NCBI GenBank assembly: GCA_050942955.1 | Contig: JBMNOG010000002.1 | Coordinates: 32,762 to 96,761, forward strand | DNA: 64,000 nucleotides | From: Patescibacteria group bacterium | GTDB taxonomy: Bacteria > Patescibacteriota > Microgenomatia > UBA1400 > UBA1449 | Direction: 5' to 3' | Shown: positions 1-9,229 of the stretch, piece by piece | Numbering within the stretch: the stretch's first letter is position 1 | Layout: each line of letters opens with the position of its first letter | The notes under the pieces: model-generated | Databases searched by the model: none | What the model was told of the DNA's origin: nothing | The model's input: the letters and a program-made list of their open reading frames with translations, nothing else | Made by a program: the position numbers and the translations under genes

Positions 1-7
1 TCCGGAG

Positions 8-1159
8 ATGAAGATTATTGCTCCAGTAAGAGAGTGGAGTATGGGACGAGATGAAGAACTTATCTATGCTAAAAAACACGGCATTCCGGTTAAACAAACG
101 AGTAATTGCCCGTACTCTTGGGATGACAACATGTGGGGTGTAACAGGCGAATCAGGGGAGATTGAAGATCCCAAGCTGGTTCCACCCCTTGATAAAATTC
201 TGCAAGTTTGTAAACCGGTTGAGCAAGCTCTTGATAAACCAGAAACAATTGAACTGGAGTTTGTTAAAGGTCTTCCGATTGCAGTTAACGGCAAACAAAT
301 GAAGTTAACTACGCTTATCGCTGAGCTTAATCAAATAGGCGCCAGACACGGAGTAGGAGTAACAGTCCACATTGAAGACAGGATTGTTGGGTTAAAAGTA
401 AGAGGAGTCTACGAAGCACCGGCAGCAGAAATTATTATTCAAGCCCACCAGAATTTGGAAAAATTCGTTTCAACCAGGATTGAAAATGAGTTCAAAACAC
501 TGGTTGACCAGAAGTTTGCCTACCTTTGTTACGGTGCACTGTGGCATGAACCGACGATGAAACACTTACAAGCATACCTGGACTCGGTCAATGAAAAAGT
601 AAACGGCAAGGTAACGGTTAAACTCTACAAAGGCAGAGCTGATGTAATGGCCATGGAAACGCCGCAGTCTTTATTTGATGAGAAAATGGCTACCTTTATG
701 AAATCAGAGGCATTTAATCAGAATGCTGCTCCGGGTTTTATTGAACTCTGGACATTGCAAATGAAAATGGCCAAACAGGCAATCCCTCAGGTCCTCTTGT
801 CCCTAAGAGATGAGGATAAACCCAAACTCCTGCCTTCAATTAAAAAACTCTATAAAGCTAACAACACCCATTTTTTTGCAACCAAAAACACACATGACTT
901 TCTTAAAAAGAATGGGGTTGAGTCACAGTTTGTCTATAAAGTCAGTGAAGACGGTCAACCAAATATCCATACGCTCTTGCAGCAAAGACGCTTTGACTTA
1001 ATTATTAACACCCCAACCCCGGGGAAAAAGAATACAACACTTCACGATGCTGAAGTAATTAAGCAGTTTGCTATGGATAAAGGCATTAAGCTTATTACTG
1101 AAATTGATGTTGCTGAAGGCATTTTAGAAAAAATGGCAAGTGTAAAAAGGAGATCATAA
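8..1159 (+). CDS. argG: Argininosuccinate synthase (C-terminal two-thirds) fused to a C-terminal MGS-like domain. The gene is 5'-truncated by the window edge; the frame is open up to position 2.
   Basis: Residues 1-265 align along their length with Thermus-type ArgG (PVREWSMGRDEELIYAKKHGIPV, PYSWDDN...GEIEDP, GARHGVGVTVHIEDRIVGLKVRGVYEAPAAEII). Residues ~266-383 match the MGS-like allosteric domain of the CarB C-terminus (LLSLRDEDK, ATKNT, LIINTPTPGKK). Confidence 0.8.
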   Translation: MKIIAPVREWSMGRDEELIYAKKHGIPVKQTSNCPYSWDDNMWGVTGESGEIEDPKLVPPLDKILQVCKPVEQALDKPETIELEFVKGLPIAVNGKQMKLTTLIAELNQIGARHGVGVTVHIEDRIVGLKVRGVYEAPAAEIIIQAHQNLEKFVSTRIENEFKTLVDQKFAYLCYGALWHEPTMKHLQAYLDSVNEKVNGKVTVKLYKGRADVMAMETPQSLFDEKMATFMKSEAFNQNAAPGFIELWTLQMKMAKQAIPQVLLSLRDEDKPKLLPSIKKLYKANNTHFFATKNTHDFLKKNGVESQFVYKVSEDGQPNIHTLLQQRRFDLIINTPTPGKKNTTLHDAEVIKQFAMDKGIKLITEIDVAEGILEKMASVKRRS

Positions 1160-2139
1160 TGGCTAACAGTAACAATAATTGGGATTTGAAGCAGGTTCTC
1201 TTAGAAAAAATCGGCAGTCTAGGCGGCTTTGTTAACTGCCATGCCCATTTTGATAGAGCCTATACGATTAGCCCAGAAACTTTTCCTCTAGCCAATGAGC
1301 ATCTGCATAAAAAATGGAAGTTAGTGGACAAACTTAAACGTACATCTTCCCAGGAGGAGTATGAGAGGAGAATTAGTTTTGCGGTTGAGAAAATGATTGC
1401 CCAGGGAGTCAGGATTGCCTGCAGTTTTATAGATATTGACGAAGCCGTAGGGCTTAAAGCTATTAAAGCTGCTCACAATATCAGAAAAAGATATAAAGAT
1501 AAAATCAGCCTTCTTTTTGCCAGCCAAACGTTAAAAGGAGTCCTCTTAAAAGAAGCGAGAGAGTGGTTTGAAAAGGGTTTGCCCTACATTGATATTATTG
1601 GGGGGTTGCCTAAAACGGATGCTCCTCACCAGGACAAACATATCGATATGCTTTTGCAGTATGCCAAACAAACTGGAAAAAGGGTACATATGCACGTTGA
1701 CCAGGAGAACACAGCTTCTGAGAAAGAAACTGAGCTTCTGGCAAAAAAAGCAGTTAAACACGGGTTGGAAGGCAGAGTTAACGCAGTTCATTGTATCTCC
1801 CTAGCCGCTCACCCCAAAGACTACCGCAGTAAAGTCTACAAACTCTTAACCAAAGCTGGCGTTGGCGTTGTTACCTGTCCTTTGGCGTGGCTTGCTTCCA
1901 AACGGCATGAAGAACTTACACCCACCCATAACTCTATTGCACCTGTTGAAGAAATGGTAGCAGCCGGAGTTACGGTTGGATTAGGAGTTGATAACATCGC
2001 TGATGTCTATATGCCCTTTGCCGACGGAGATATCTGGACAGAGACACGGGCACTGCTTGAAGCCTGCCGCTTTTATGATATAGATAATATAGTCGCTATT
2101 GCTTCAACAAACGGCAGAAAAATACTTGGAGTAAGCTAA
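1159..2139 (+). CDS. Metal-dependent amidohydrolase (TIM-barrel; cytosine-deaminase / type II dihydroorotase-like). Possibly the dihydroorotase of this cluster.
   Basis: HxH metal-ligand motif in NCHAHFDRAYT, a second ligand block HMHVDQE, HCISL, and a GVDNIAD aspartate block. Its start overlaps the argG stop (TAATG) and it ends 1 nt before pyrD. It lines up block-by-block with E. coli type II PyrC (DWHLHLRDG, VHGEV, HITT, GTDSAP). Confidence 0.55.
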   Translation: MANSNNNWDLKQVLLEKIGSLGGFVNCHAHFDRAYTISPETFPLANEHLHKKWKLVDKLKRTSSQEEYERRISFAVEKMIAQGVRIACSFIDIDEAVGLKAIKAAHNIRKRYKDKISLLFASQTLKGVLLKEAREWFEKGLPYIDIIGGLPKTDAPHQDKHIDMLLQYAKQTGKRVHMHVDQENTASEKETELLAKKAVKHGLEGRVNAVHCISLAAHPKDYRSKVYKLLTKAGVGVVTCPLAWLASKRHEELTPTHNSIAPVEEMVAAGVTVGLGVDNIADVYMPFADGDIWTETRALLEACRFYDIDNIVAIASTNGRKILGVS

Positions 2140-2140
2140 T

Positions 2141-3061
2141 ATGCTAAAAAACTCAATTGACCTTTCAACTTCAATTAAAACGCTTAAACTCAAAAACCCG
2201 ACGATCTTAGCTTCAGGCATTCTAGGCATTTACTGTGACTCCTTGCACAGAGTAGCAAAGGGCGGAGCTGGGGCAGTCACCGTTAAATCATTAACAACCG
2301 AACCACGAGCAGGACACAATAACCCTATATTAGTCGAAGTTGAAGGCGGCTTTTTAAATGCCGTTGGCTATGCTAATAAAGGGATTGATAAAGGAGTGGA
2401 AGAGTTTAGAAAGTGGAATGGAGAGATACCAATGATCGGCAGCGTTGTTGCCGGCAACCCGGAAGAGTTTGCCGCCTTAGCGCAAAAGATGTGCCAAGCA
2501 CCAATCCAAGCACTCGAACTGGCACTATCCTGTCCACATACACCCGGGTATGGGTTACTGGCAGGCCAAGGGACACCGGAAGCAACCAAGCAGATTACTA
2601 AAGCGGTCAGAAAGGTAACAAATCTTCCCTTAATCATCAAACTCTCACCGTCAGTTCCTGCAATTGGTGAAATTGTCAAAGCCGCTGAAGCAGCCGGAGC
2701 AGATGCGATTAACATGGGTAATACTCACGGCCCGGGCATGAAGATTGACATCAACCGGGCTGAGCCCATTCTGGACTTTAAGTTCGGAGGAATGAGCGGC
2801 CCGGCAATAAAGCCTATTATGATACGGTCTGTTTTTGATATCTATAAAGCTGTCAAAATACCGATTATTGCTACCGGCGGAATAACCACAGGCGAAGATA
2901 TGATTGAAGCCTTTATGGCCGGAGCCTCAGCCGTTGGTATTGGCACCGCCATTCACTATCGGGGAACTGATGTGTTTGCCAAAGTCTGTCAGGAAGCCTC
3001 TGCCTGGATGCAAAAAAACAAAGTTAAAACCATTAGTAGCCTAGTTGGTCTTGCTCACTGA
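2141..3061 (+). CDS. pyrD: Dihydroorotate dehydrogenase, catalytic subunit (class 1B)
   Basis: NPTILASGILG, NAVGYANKG, GGITTGEDMIEAFMAGASAVGIGTA. Class 1B length (306 aa) and a PyrK partner downstream. Confidence 0.9.
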   Translation: MLKNSIDLSTSIKTLKLKNPTILASGILGIYCDSLHRVAKGGAGAVTVKSLTTEPRAGHNNPILVEVEGGFLNAVGYANKGIDKGVEEFRKWNGEIPMIGSVVAGNPEEFAALAQKMCQAPIQALELALSCPHTPGYGLLAGQGTPEATKQITKAVRKVTNLPLIIKLSPSVPAIGEIVKAAEAAGADAINMGNTHGPGMKIDINRAEPILDFKFGGMSGPAIKPIMIRSVFDIYKAVKIPIIATGGITTGEDMIEAFMAGASAVGIGTAIHYRGTDVFAKVCQEASAWMQKNKVKTISSLVGLAH

Positions 3062-3323
3062 CAAATCTGTTTGAAAATATGTTTTTAAATTCGCTTTTTG
3101 AAGTGGAGCTATCAAGAAATGATTTTATGAATTCTTTAACTTTTAAAGTCAAAAACTGTTTGAGTAAAAATTTCTGTAGACATGCAAAATTTTTACGAGT
3201 TTTTTTTACGGATAGGTATGAAATAGAATCATTTCCTGAAGATCACTTCATTAAGCGAGAATTTTCTTTTGTATTTTTCTTTGTTTGTACAAAGAAAAAT
3301 ACTTATTAATACAGGAAATTATT

Positions 3324-4070
3324 ATGAAAAAATCTTCTATTCAAAATACCTACCAAACCGCTGTTATCACTAAAATCGAACAGGAAACTCCTATTGTTAA
3401 AAGTTTTTACCTGGATACCAAAGTAAAAGCCAAACCCGGGCAGTATGTCATGGTCTGGATTCCGAGAGTTAATGAAAAGCCCTTTGGTGTCGCCTCAACA
3501 AATCCCTTTATGCTTTCGATCGCTAATATCGGCTCATTTACCCAAAAGGTGCATGAACTTAAAGTCGGGGATAAGCTTAGTTGGCGTGGGCCGTACGGCA
3601 CTTCATTTACACTCAAGGGCGAAAAGTTGCTCATCGTTGCCGGTGGGTACGGGGTTGTACCTCTGCACTTACTCGCTTCCCAGGTAGTTCCAGAGAAACG
3701 TAAAAATATCACCGTCATCATCGGCGCTAAAACAGCCAAGCACTTACCCTTTGTGGACAAGTTTAAGGAACTGGGTTGCAAAGTTAAAGTTGCAACAGAT
3801 GACGGTTCTAAGGGTTTTAAGGGCTTCACCACTAAACTAGCTCAAGAACTTCTTGGTAAAGAAACCTTTGACCAAGCCTATACCTGCGGTCCAAACATTA
3901 TGATGGAAACGCTAGCCCAGGTTTGCCATAAGCACGACCTCCCCTGCCAGGTAAGTTTTGAGGCCTTTTTCAAGTGTGGGGGATTAGGACTGTGTGGCGA
4001 GTGCAACTACAAAGGTCATCTCGTTTGCCAGGAAGGGCCTGTTTTTGACTCCAGTTTATTACTAAAGTAA
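3324..4070 (+). CDS. pyrK: Dihydroorotate dehydrogenase electron-transfer subunit (FAD/NAD-binding, 2Fe-2S)
   Basis: FAD-binding fold and a C-terminal Cys cluster (CGGLGLCGECNYKGHLVCQEG). Start chosen at the ATG at 3324, preceded by AGGAAA; the track ORF starts earlier at 3285. Confidence 0.85.
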   Translation: MKKSSIQNTYQTAVITKIEQETPIVKSFYLDTKVKAKPGQYVMVWIPRVNEKPFGVASTNPFMLSIANIGSFTQKVHELKVGDKLSWRGPYGTSFTLKGEKLLIVAGGYGVVPLHLLASQVVPEKRKNITVIIGAKTAKHLPFVDKFKELGCKVKVATDDGSKGFKGFTTKLAQELLGKETFDQAYTCGPNIMMETLAQVCHKHDLPCQVSFEAFFKCGGLGLCGECNYKGHLVCQEGPVFDSSLLLK

Positions 4071-4082
4071 AAAGGAGAGCCT

Positions 4083-4727
4083 ATGGACTACCAAAAGGCG
4101 GTTGCAAAGAGTTTACTTACTATCGGAGCAGTTGGTTTTGCTCCCCAAAACCCTATTACCTTTAAATCAGGCATTAAGTCTCCGGTCTACGTTGATAACC
4201 GTAAGTTTCCCTTTCACCCTTCAGAGTGGAAAACAGTTATCCAGGGTTTTAAGGATCTTATAAAAGAAAAAGGGTTAGAGCTTGACGTTATTGCCGGAGT
4301 TGAAGCTGCCGGTATTCCTCATAGTGCCGCTTTAGGATTTTTTATGGATAAACCCTCTGTGTTTGTCAGAAAAAAAGCCAAAGACCATGGCACAAAGAGT
4401 ATGGTCGAAGGCGGTAAGATTGAAGGTTTGAGAGTTATCCTTATCGAAGATTTAGTTACTACCGGAGGTAGTAGCCTGGCAAGTATCGAATCTCTCAGAA
4501 AAGAAGGAGCAGTTATTTCTGACTGCCTAATAATTGTTAGCTACGGCTTTAGGCAGGCAAAAGAGGCTTTTGCTAAAGCCAACGTAAATCTTCACACCCT
4601 AACCACGTTCCCAATAATCCTTGAAGAAGCACTTGCTATGGGTAAGTTTAGTAAAGAAGAAAAAGAGATTATTGAAGACTGGCTTGCCGAACCCTACGGC
4701 TGGGCGAAACGCCAGGGATTGGAGTAG
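4083..4727 (+). CDS. pyrE: Orotate phosphoribosyltransferase
   Basis: FKSGIKSPVYVDNR; PRPP-binding loop VILIEDLVTTGGS. Confidence 0.9.
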   Translation: MDYQKAVAKSLLTIGAVGFAPQNPITFKSGIKSPVYVDNRKFPFHPSEWKTVIQGFKDLIKEKGLELDVIAGVEAAGIPHSAALGFFMDKPSVFVRKKAKDHGTKSMVEGGKIEGLRVILIEDLVTTGGSSLASIESLRKEGAVISDCLIIVSYGFRQAKEAFAKANVNLHTLTTFPIILEEALAMGKFSKEEKEIIEDWLAEPYGWAKRQGLE

Positions 4728-4728
4728 T

Positions 4729-5532
4729 ATGGATTTTTTCACAAAACTTAACAAGCGTATCGATAAAACCAACTCTCTTCTCTGTGTCGGACTTGACAGC
4801 GATACTGAAAACTTGCCAGCAAAATTCAAGAACTTGGACTTTCCTCAGCTTGAGTTTAATAAGTTCATTATTAGTGAAACTAATCCTTATGTTTGTGCGT
4901 ATAAACCAAACACTGCTTTTTATGAAAGCAGGGGAGAGCAGGGAGTTCACGAGCTAAAGTCAACATGCGATTTTCTGTCCCAAAACTTTCCGGATATCCC
5001 GATTATTTTAGACGCAAAAAGGGGCGATATCGGCAATACCAATAAGGCTTATGCCAAGTATATTTTTGAGTATTTAAAAGTCGATGCCGTCACTCTTCAT
5101 CCATATTTAGGTAAAGAATCTTTGGAAAACTTTTTAGCATACAAAGATAAGGGATTAATAATTCTTTGTAAAACTTCAAATCCCGGAGCTGGTGAGTTCC
5201 AAGACTTGGTGTGCAATGGTAAACCGCTTTGGCAAATAGTTGCTCAAAAGGTTAGCCAGGAATGGAATACAAGCAAAAACTGTGGATTAGTAGTGGGCGC
5301 CACCTATCCGGAAGAACTCAAAGCTGTCAGAAAACTTGTCGAAGATATGACTATCCTTGTTCCGGGGATTGGTAGCCAGGGTGGAGACTTAGAAGCTGTT
5401 TTAAGAGTAGGGCTTAATTCTCAAAAAAGAGGGGCACTTATCAACGCCAGCCGAAGCATTATCTTTGCTCCAAGTCCCGCAACAGAAGCCAAAGTTTTGA
5501 GAAACATAATTAGTAATTTTATTGGAAGCTAA
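4729..5532 (+). CDS. pyrF: Orotidine-5'-phosphate decarboxylase (long type 2)
   Basis: LCVGLDSD, ILDAKRGDIGNT. The ATG at 4729 sits 1 nt after the pyrE TAG; the track ORF starts upstream at 4621, inside pyrE. Confidence 0.85.
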   Translation: MDFFTKLNKRIDKTNSLLCVGLDSDTENLPAKFKNLDFPQLEFNKFIISETNPYVCAYKPNTAFYESRGEQGVHELKSTCDFLSQNFPDIPIILDAKRGDIGNTNKAYAKYIFEYLKVDAVTLHPYLGKESLENFLAYKDKGLIILCKTSNPGAGEFQDLVCNGKPLWQIVAQKVSQEWNTSKNCGLVVGATYPEELKAVRKLVEDMTILVPGIGSQGGDLEAVLRVGLNSQKRGALINASRSIIFAPSPATEAKVLRNIISNFIGS

Positions 5533-5621
5533 ACAAGTGTATAAGTAATATTCATTGAATTATGTTACAAACTCTGATAATGTATACCACTATTATTAAT
5601 AACTAAGAGTAAAAACATCTT

Positions 5622-6518
5622 ATGCAAATTTTCTCAGGCTCAACTAACCCCTCGTTAGCACGCAAAATTGCCAGAAATCTAGATGTTCCAATGGGAAAAG
5701 TTGAGCTTTCCGTTTTTCCTAACAATGAACTCCGTGTTTGGGTAAAAGAGAAAAAAGTCGATAAAGATGTTGCTGTTGTCCAATCATTTGCCGGAGATCC
5801 AAATAAGGCAATTATTGAGTTTTGCCTGTTAATTGACGCTCTAAGAAGATGTGGCGCTCATCATATTACCGCAGTTATTCCCTGGATGGGCTACTGTATT
5901 CAGGATAAAATCTTCAGACCTGGAGAAGCCTTATCCGCTAAGGTAGTTGCCAACATTATCCAATCTGTAAATCCAAACAGAATTATTACAGTCGATTTGC
6001 ATAATGAATCCATTCAAGGTTTCTTTTCAGTGCCTATTACCCACCTTTCGGCAAATCCCTTGTTTATAGATCTTATAAAGCAGAAAAAGGCAGTGGACTG
6101 CATCGTTTCTCCTGATGTGGGAGCCTTAAAAGAAACCACCAGGATCGCCTATGAACTCAACTTACCTATGGTGGTTGTTAATAAGAAACGAGACCTTAAA
6201 ACCGGAGAGGTTTCGATTATAAGTATCAGCGGCGATTGCAAAGATAAGCGAGCTCTTATTATGGATGACTTTATCTCTACCGGAGGAACACTCATTCAAA
6301 CCATCAATTTTCTCAAAAAAAATAAAGCTAAAAAAACAATAGTAGCAGCTACACACCATCTTTTTGTAGAAGGAACTCAGCAAAAACTAGCAAAGAGTTC
6401 TCTTAATGAGCTTTATATAACCGACACTGTAGATATGCCGCAATTAGACACTAAGGTTTCACTTGAAACAAACATTATCAGTGTTTCAGGCATTATTGCC
6501 GAGGCTCTCGCAGAGTAA
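5622..6518 (+). CDS. prs: Ribose-phosphate pyrophosphokinase (PRPP synthetase)
   Basis: MQIFSGSTNPSLARKIA...FPNNELRV; PRPP loop DDFISTGGT. Confidence 0.9.
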   Translation: MQIFSGSTNPSLARKIARNLDVPMGKVELSVFPNNELRVWVKEKKVDKDVAVVQSFAGDPNKAIIEFCLLIDALRRCGAHHITAVIPWMGYCIQDKIFRPGEALSAKVVANIIQSVNPNRIITVDLHNESIQGFFSVPITHLSANPLFIDLIKQKKAVDCIVSPDVGALKETTRIAYELNLPMVVVNKKRDLKTGEVSIISISGDCKDKRALIMDDFISTGGTLIQTINFLKKNKAKKTIVAATHHLFVEGTQQKLAKSSLNELYITDTVDMPQLDTKVSLETNIISVSGIIAEALAE

Positions 6519-6565
6519 CTAAAAGCTGACTTTACATTAGAAATGAGTGTATGAGATAATACCTT

Positions 6566-8257
6566 ATGCATTCATTCTGTCAAAAACTTAAATCTTCAAA
6601 AACTAGATTTATCTTTGTTTCCGGCGGTGTTATTTCCGGTCTTGGTAAGGGCACAACTGCTGCATCATTAGCTGCACTTCTTGAAGGTTGTGGTCTAAAA
6701 GTCTTTCCGATAAAAGTTGACATGTACCTTAATATTGATGCTGGAACAATGAATCCCTTAGAGCATGGGGAAACATTTGTTACTGCAGACGCCTTGGAGT
6801 GCGATCAGGATATAGGAACATATGAACGTTTCTTGCACCGGGATTTAAACCGTCAAAATTATTTTACTGCCGGCCAGATTTACCAATCACTTTTAAACAA
6901 AGAAAGACAGCTTAAGTTCAACGGCGCCTGCGTAGAGGCTTTTCCCCATATACCATTAGAAATCATTGAACATATTAACCGCTTCCCTGATGATACCGAT
7001 ATTGTCATAGTAGAGTATGGCGGAACTGTTGGGGAATATCAAAATGAGGCCTTTTTTGAAGCAGCCCGAATGATGGTTGCTTGTAGCCGTCAGCATGTTT
7101 GTTTTGTCCACATCGGCTATATCCTTCAGCCACCCTCGCTCGGAGAAATGAAGTCTAAACCTCTGCAAATGTCAGTACGGATGTTAAATGAGCTGGGTAT
7201 TTTCCCAGATCTCGTCATTTGCCGCAGTGAAAATCCGATAGACAAACCAAGAATTGCAAAAATTGCCACTGCCGCTGGTCTCTCTGAAAATGAAGTTTTC
7301 TCTTGCCCTAATGTTGATTCGATTTACAAGCTCCCAAAAATATTAAAAGAACAGAATGTTCTTGAACCAATTCTCAGAAAACTACATTTAGAAACCCCAT
7401 TATGCAACATACCCAAATGGGAAAATCTTAGTACAAAACTTGCAAACTTAAAAAATAAAGTCCGCATTTCAGTTGTAGCCAAGTACTACAACAGCGGCCA
7501 GTTTAGTTTAGCAGATTCCTATATTTCAGTTCTTGAAGCCATTAAGCACGCGGCCTGGTCACTTGGTGTAGATCCGGAAATCGCCTGGTTTGACTCAGAA
7601 TCTCTGGAAAAAAACCCTAACAATCTCGAAAAACTTAAAAATTCTGATGCCGTCATTGTTCCGCAAGGCTGGGGGAGCAGGGGATCAGAAGGTAAAATCA
7701 GAGCTATTCAGTTCGCCAGAGAATCAAAAACTCCATATCTTGGACTATGCTTTGGGATGCAGATGGCAACAGTTGAGTTTGGTAGAAATGTAGTCGGTCT
7801 TGATAGAGCCAACTCCGAAGAGGCTGATGCACACACCCCTCATCCCGTAATCCATATTATGAAAGAACAAAAAGAACTTCTTAAAAAACAGCAGTATGGT
7901 GGAACAATTAGATTAGGCGCCTGGCCATGTAAGATTACAAAGGATTCTCTTATCGCTACATTGTATGCCGAAAACGGTTGGCTGCCGGAGAACTCAACAA
8001 TAGACGAAAGACACCGGCACCGCTATGAGTTTAACAATGCATACAGAGAACAGTACAAAGCTAAGGGGATGCACTTTACCGGCCTTTCACCTGACGGGAC
8101 ATTAGTTGAGGCAGTAGAGTTGGATCAAAGTTTGCATCCGTTTTTTATTGGTACACAGTTTCATCCTGAGCTCATTTCCCGCCCATTTACACCTCATCCA
8201 TTATTTATTGGACTTATTAAAGCAGCCTTAGAACACCAGAAAAAGAGAGACAATTAA
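6566..8257 (+). CDS. pyrG: CTP synthase
   Basis: IFVSGGVISGLGKGTTAASL, NIDAGTMNPLEHGETFVT, and a C-terminal GATase domain (LGLCFGMQ, HRHRYEFN). Confidence 0.92.
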   Translation: MHSFCQKLKSSKTRFIFVSGGVISGLGKGTTAASLAALLEGCGLKVFPIKVDMYLNIDAGTMNPLEHGETFVTADALECDQDIGTYERFLHRDLNRQNYFTAGQIYQSLLNKERQLKFNGACVEAFPHIPLEIIEHINRFPDDTDIVIVEYGGTVGEYQNEAFFEAARMMVACSRQHVCFVHIGYILQPPSLGEMKSKPLQMSVRMLNELGIFPDLVICRSENPIDKPRIAKIATAAGLSENEVFSCPNVDSIYKLPKILKEQNVLEPILRKLHLETPLCNIPKWENLSTKLANLKNKVRISVVAKYYNSGQFSLADSYISVLEAIKHAAWSLGVDPEIAWFDSESLEKNPNNLEKLKNSDAVIVPQGWGSRGSEGKIRAIQFARESKTPYLGLCFGMQMATVEFGRNVVGLDRANSEEADAHTPHPVIHIMKEQKELLKKQQYGGTIRLGAWPCKITKDSLIATLYAENGWLPENSTIDERHRHRYEFNNAYREQYKAKGMHFTGLSPDGTLVEAVELDQSLHPFFIGTQFHPELISRPFTPHPLFIGLIKAALEHQKKRDN

Positions 8258-8349
8258 GTGCAAAGCCGGAGAAGTACTTTTCCTTCTGTTAAATTTAAAG
8301 TATTGTGTTAAAATACTGGAGTTCTAACAATACGTAGAAAAGTTTTTTA

Positions 8350-8820
8350 TTGTCTATGGGTCTTTTTATTAAACATCAAAATACTGAGTTTAAAGTCGGC
8401 GATACTGTTAAGGTTTACCAACGCCTAGTTGAAGGTGAAAAGGAGCGTATCCAAACTTTTGAGGGTGTCGTCATTAAAATCCACGGCAATACTGGCGAAA
8501 AAACTTTTACTGTAAGAAAAATTTCAGGCGGCATTGGCGTTGAGAGAATTTATCCTATTGATTCACCATTTATCCAAAAAATTGAGGTTGTCAAACAAGG
8601 CCATGTACGTAGAGCTAAACTCTACTATCTTCGCGACCGCACTGGTAGATTAGCTCTGAAAGTGAAAACCAAGTATGATACCAGACAAACTCAGGAAGAA
8701 ACTGAACCAGTCGAAGAACCAAACTCAGAAACAGAACCTGAGGAAACCAGATCAGAACCAGCAAAAGAAGAAACTGGGAAGGCTGGGGGAGCAGAAAGTA
8801 AAGAAACTGCTACTAAGTAA
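8350..8820 (+). CDS. rplS: Ribosomal protein L19 with a ~45-aa acidic low-complexity C-terminal extension
   Basis: [60 protein letters not shown]. The tail is Glu/Thr/Pro-rich. Confidence 0.85.
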   Translation: MSMGLFIKHQNTEFKVGDTVKVYQRLVEGEKERIQTFEGVVIKIHGNTGEKTFTVRKISGGIGVERIYPIDSPFIQKIEVVKQGHVRRAKLYYLRDRTGRLALKVKTKYDTRQTQEETEPVEEPNSETEPEETRSEPAKEETGKAGGAESKETATK

Positions 8821-9118
8821 TGGCTGGATATTTATCTGTCAAAACTTCCATACCCGCTTTGGGGAAATTGACTTAGTTTTTCTTGATAGTGATAAGATTT
8901 TGTCATTTATTGAAGTTAAAACTAGATCTTCAGAGAAGTTTGGGTTTCCGGAAGAAGCAGTCTCAAAGAATAAACTCAGGCACCTGCAAAAAGCGGCAGA
9001 AATATTTCTTACAAAAAATCCCCAGTACCAAAACTGCCAGCTCCGTATTGATGTTGCAGCAATTGAGCTATGCAAAGACAGAGAAATGATGCGCTACTAC
9101 AAAAACGTAACCGCTTGA
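8675..9118 (+). CDS. yraN: YraN/UPF0102-family (PD-(D/E)xK) endonuclease-like protein. The start is uncertain; the only ATG lies 146 nt inside the rplS tail.
   Basis: [17 protein letters not shown]...[10 protein letters not shown]...FIEVKTR matches the UPF0102 core. Confidence 0.7.
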   Translation: MIPDKLRKKLNQSKNQTQKQNLRKPDQNQQKKKLGRLGEQKVKKLLLSNGWIFICQNFHTRFGEIDLVFLDSDKILSFIEVKTRSSEKFGFPEEAVSKNKLRHLQKAAEIFLTKNPQYQNCQLRIDVAAIELCKDREMMRYYKNVTA

Positions 9119-9229
9119 ACTATTTAGAAAACTCCAAGTACTTCAAAGACTACTGCAGTGTCTGCTTTCTTCTTGAAAAAACTCAGGTACATACGTATAG
9201 TTAGGGTATCAAAAAATAATAATAAACTT

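Noticed and set aside
2368-2715. 115-aa antisense ORF inside pyrD (and similar antisense ORFs at 3407-3832, 9298-9876, 11350-11631)
   Set aside because: They are embedded in well-conserved genes on the opposite strand with no independent signals, so they are typical spurious antisense frames.
4621-4728. Upstream extension of pyrF (MKKHLLWVSLVKKKKRL...)
   Set aside because: It overlaps the conserved 3' end of pyrE out of frame. The PyrF homology begins at the ATG at 4729 (MDFFTKL), right after the pyrE TAG.
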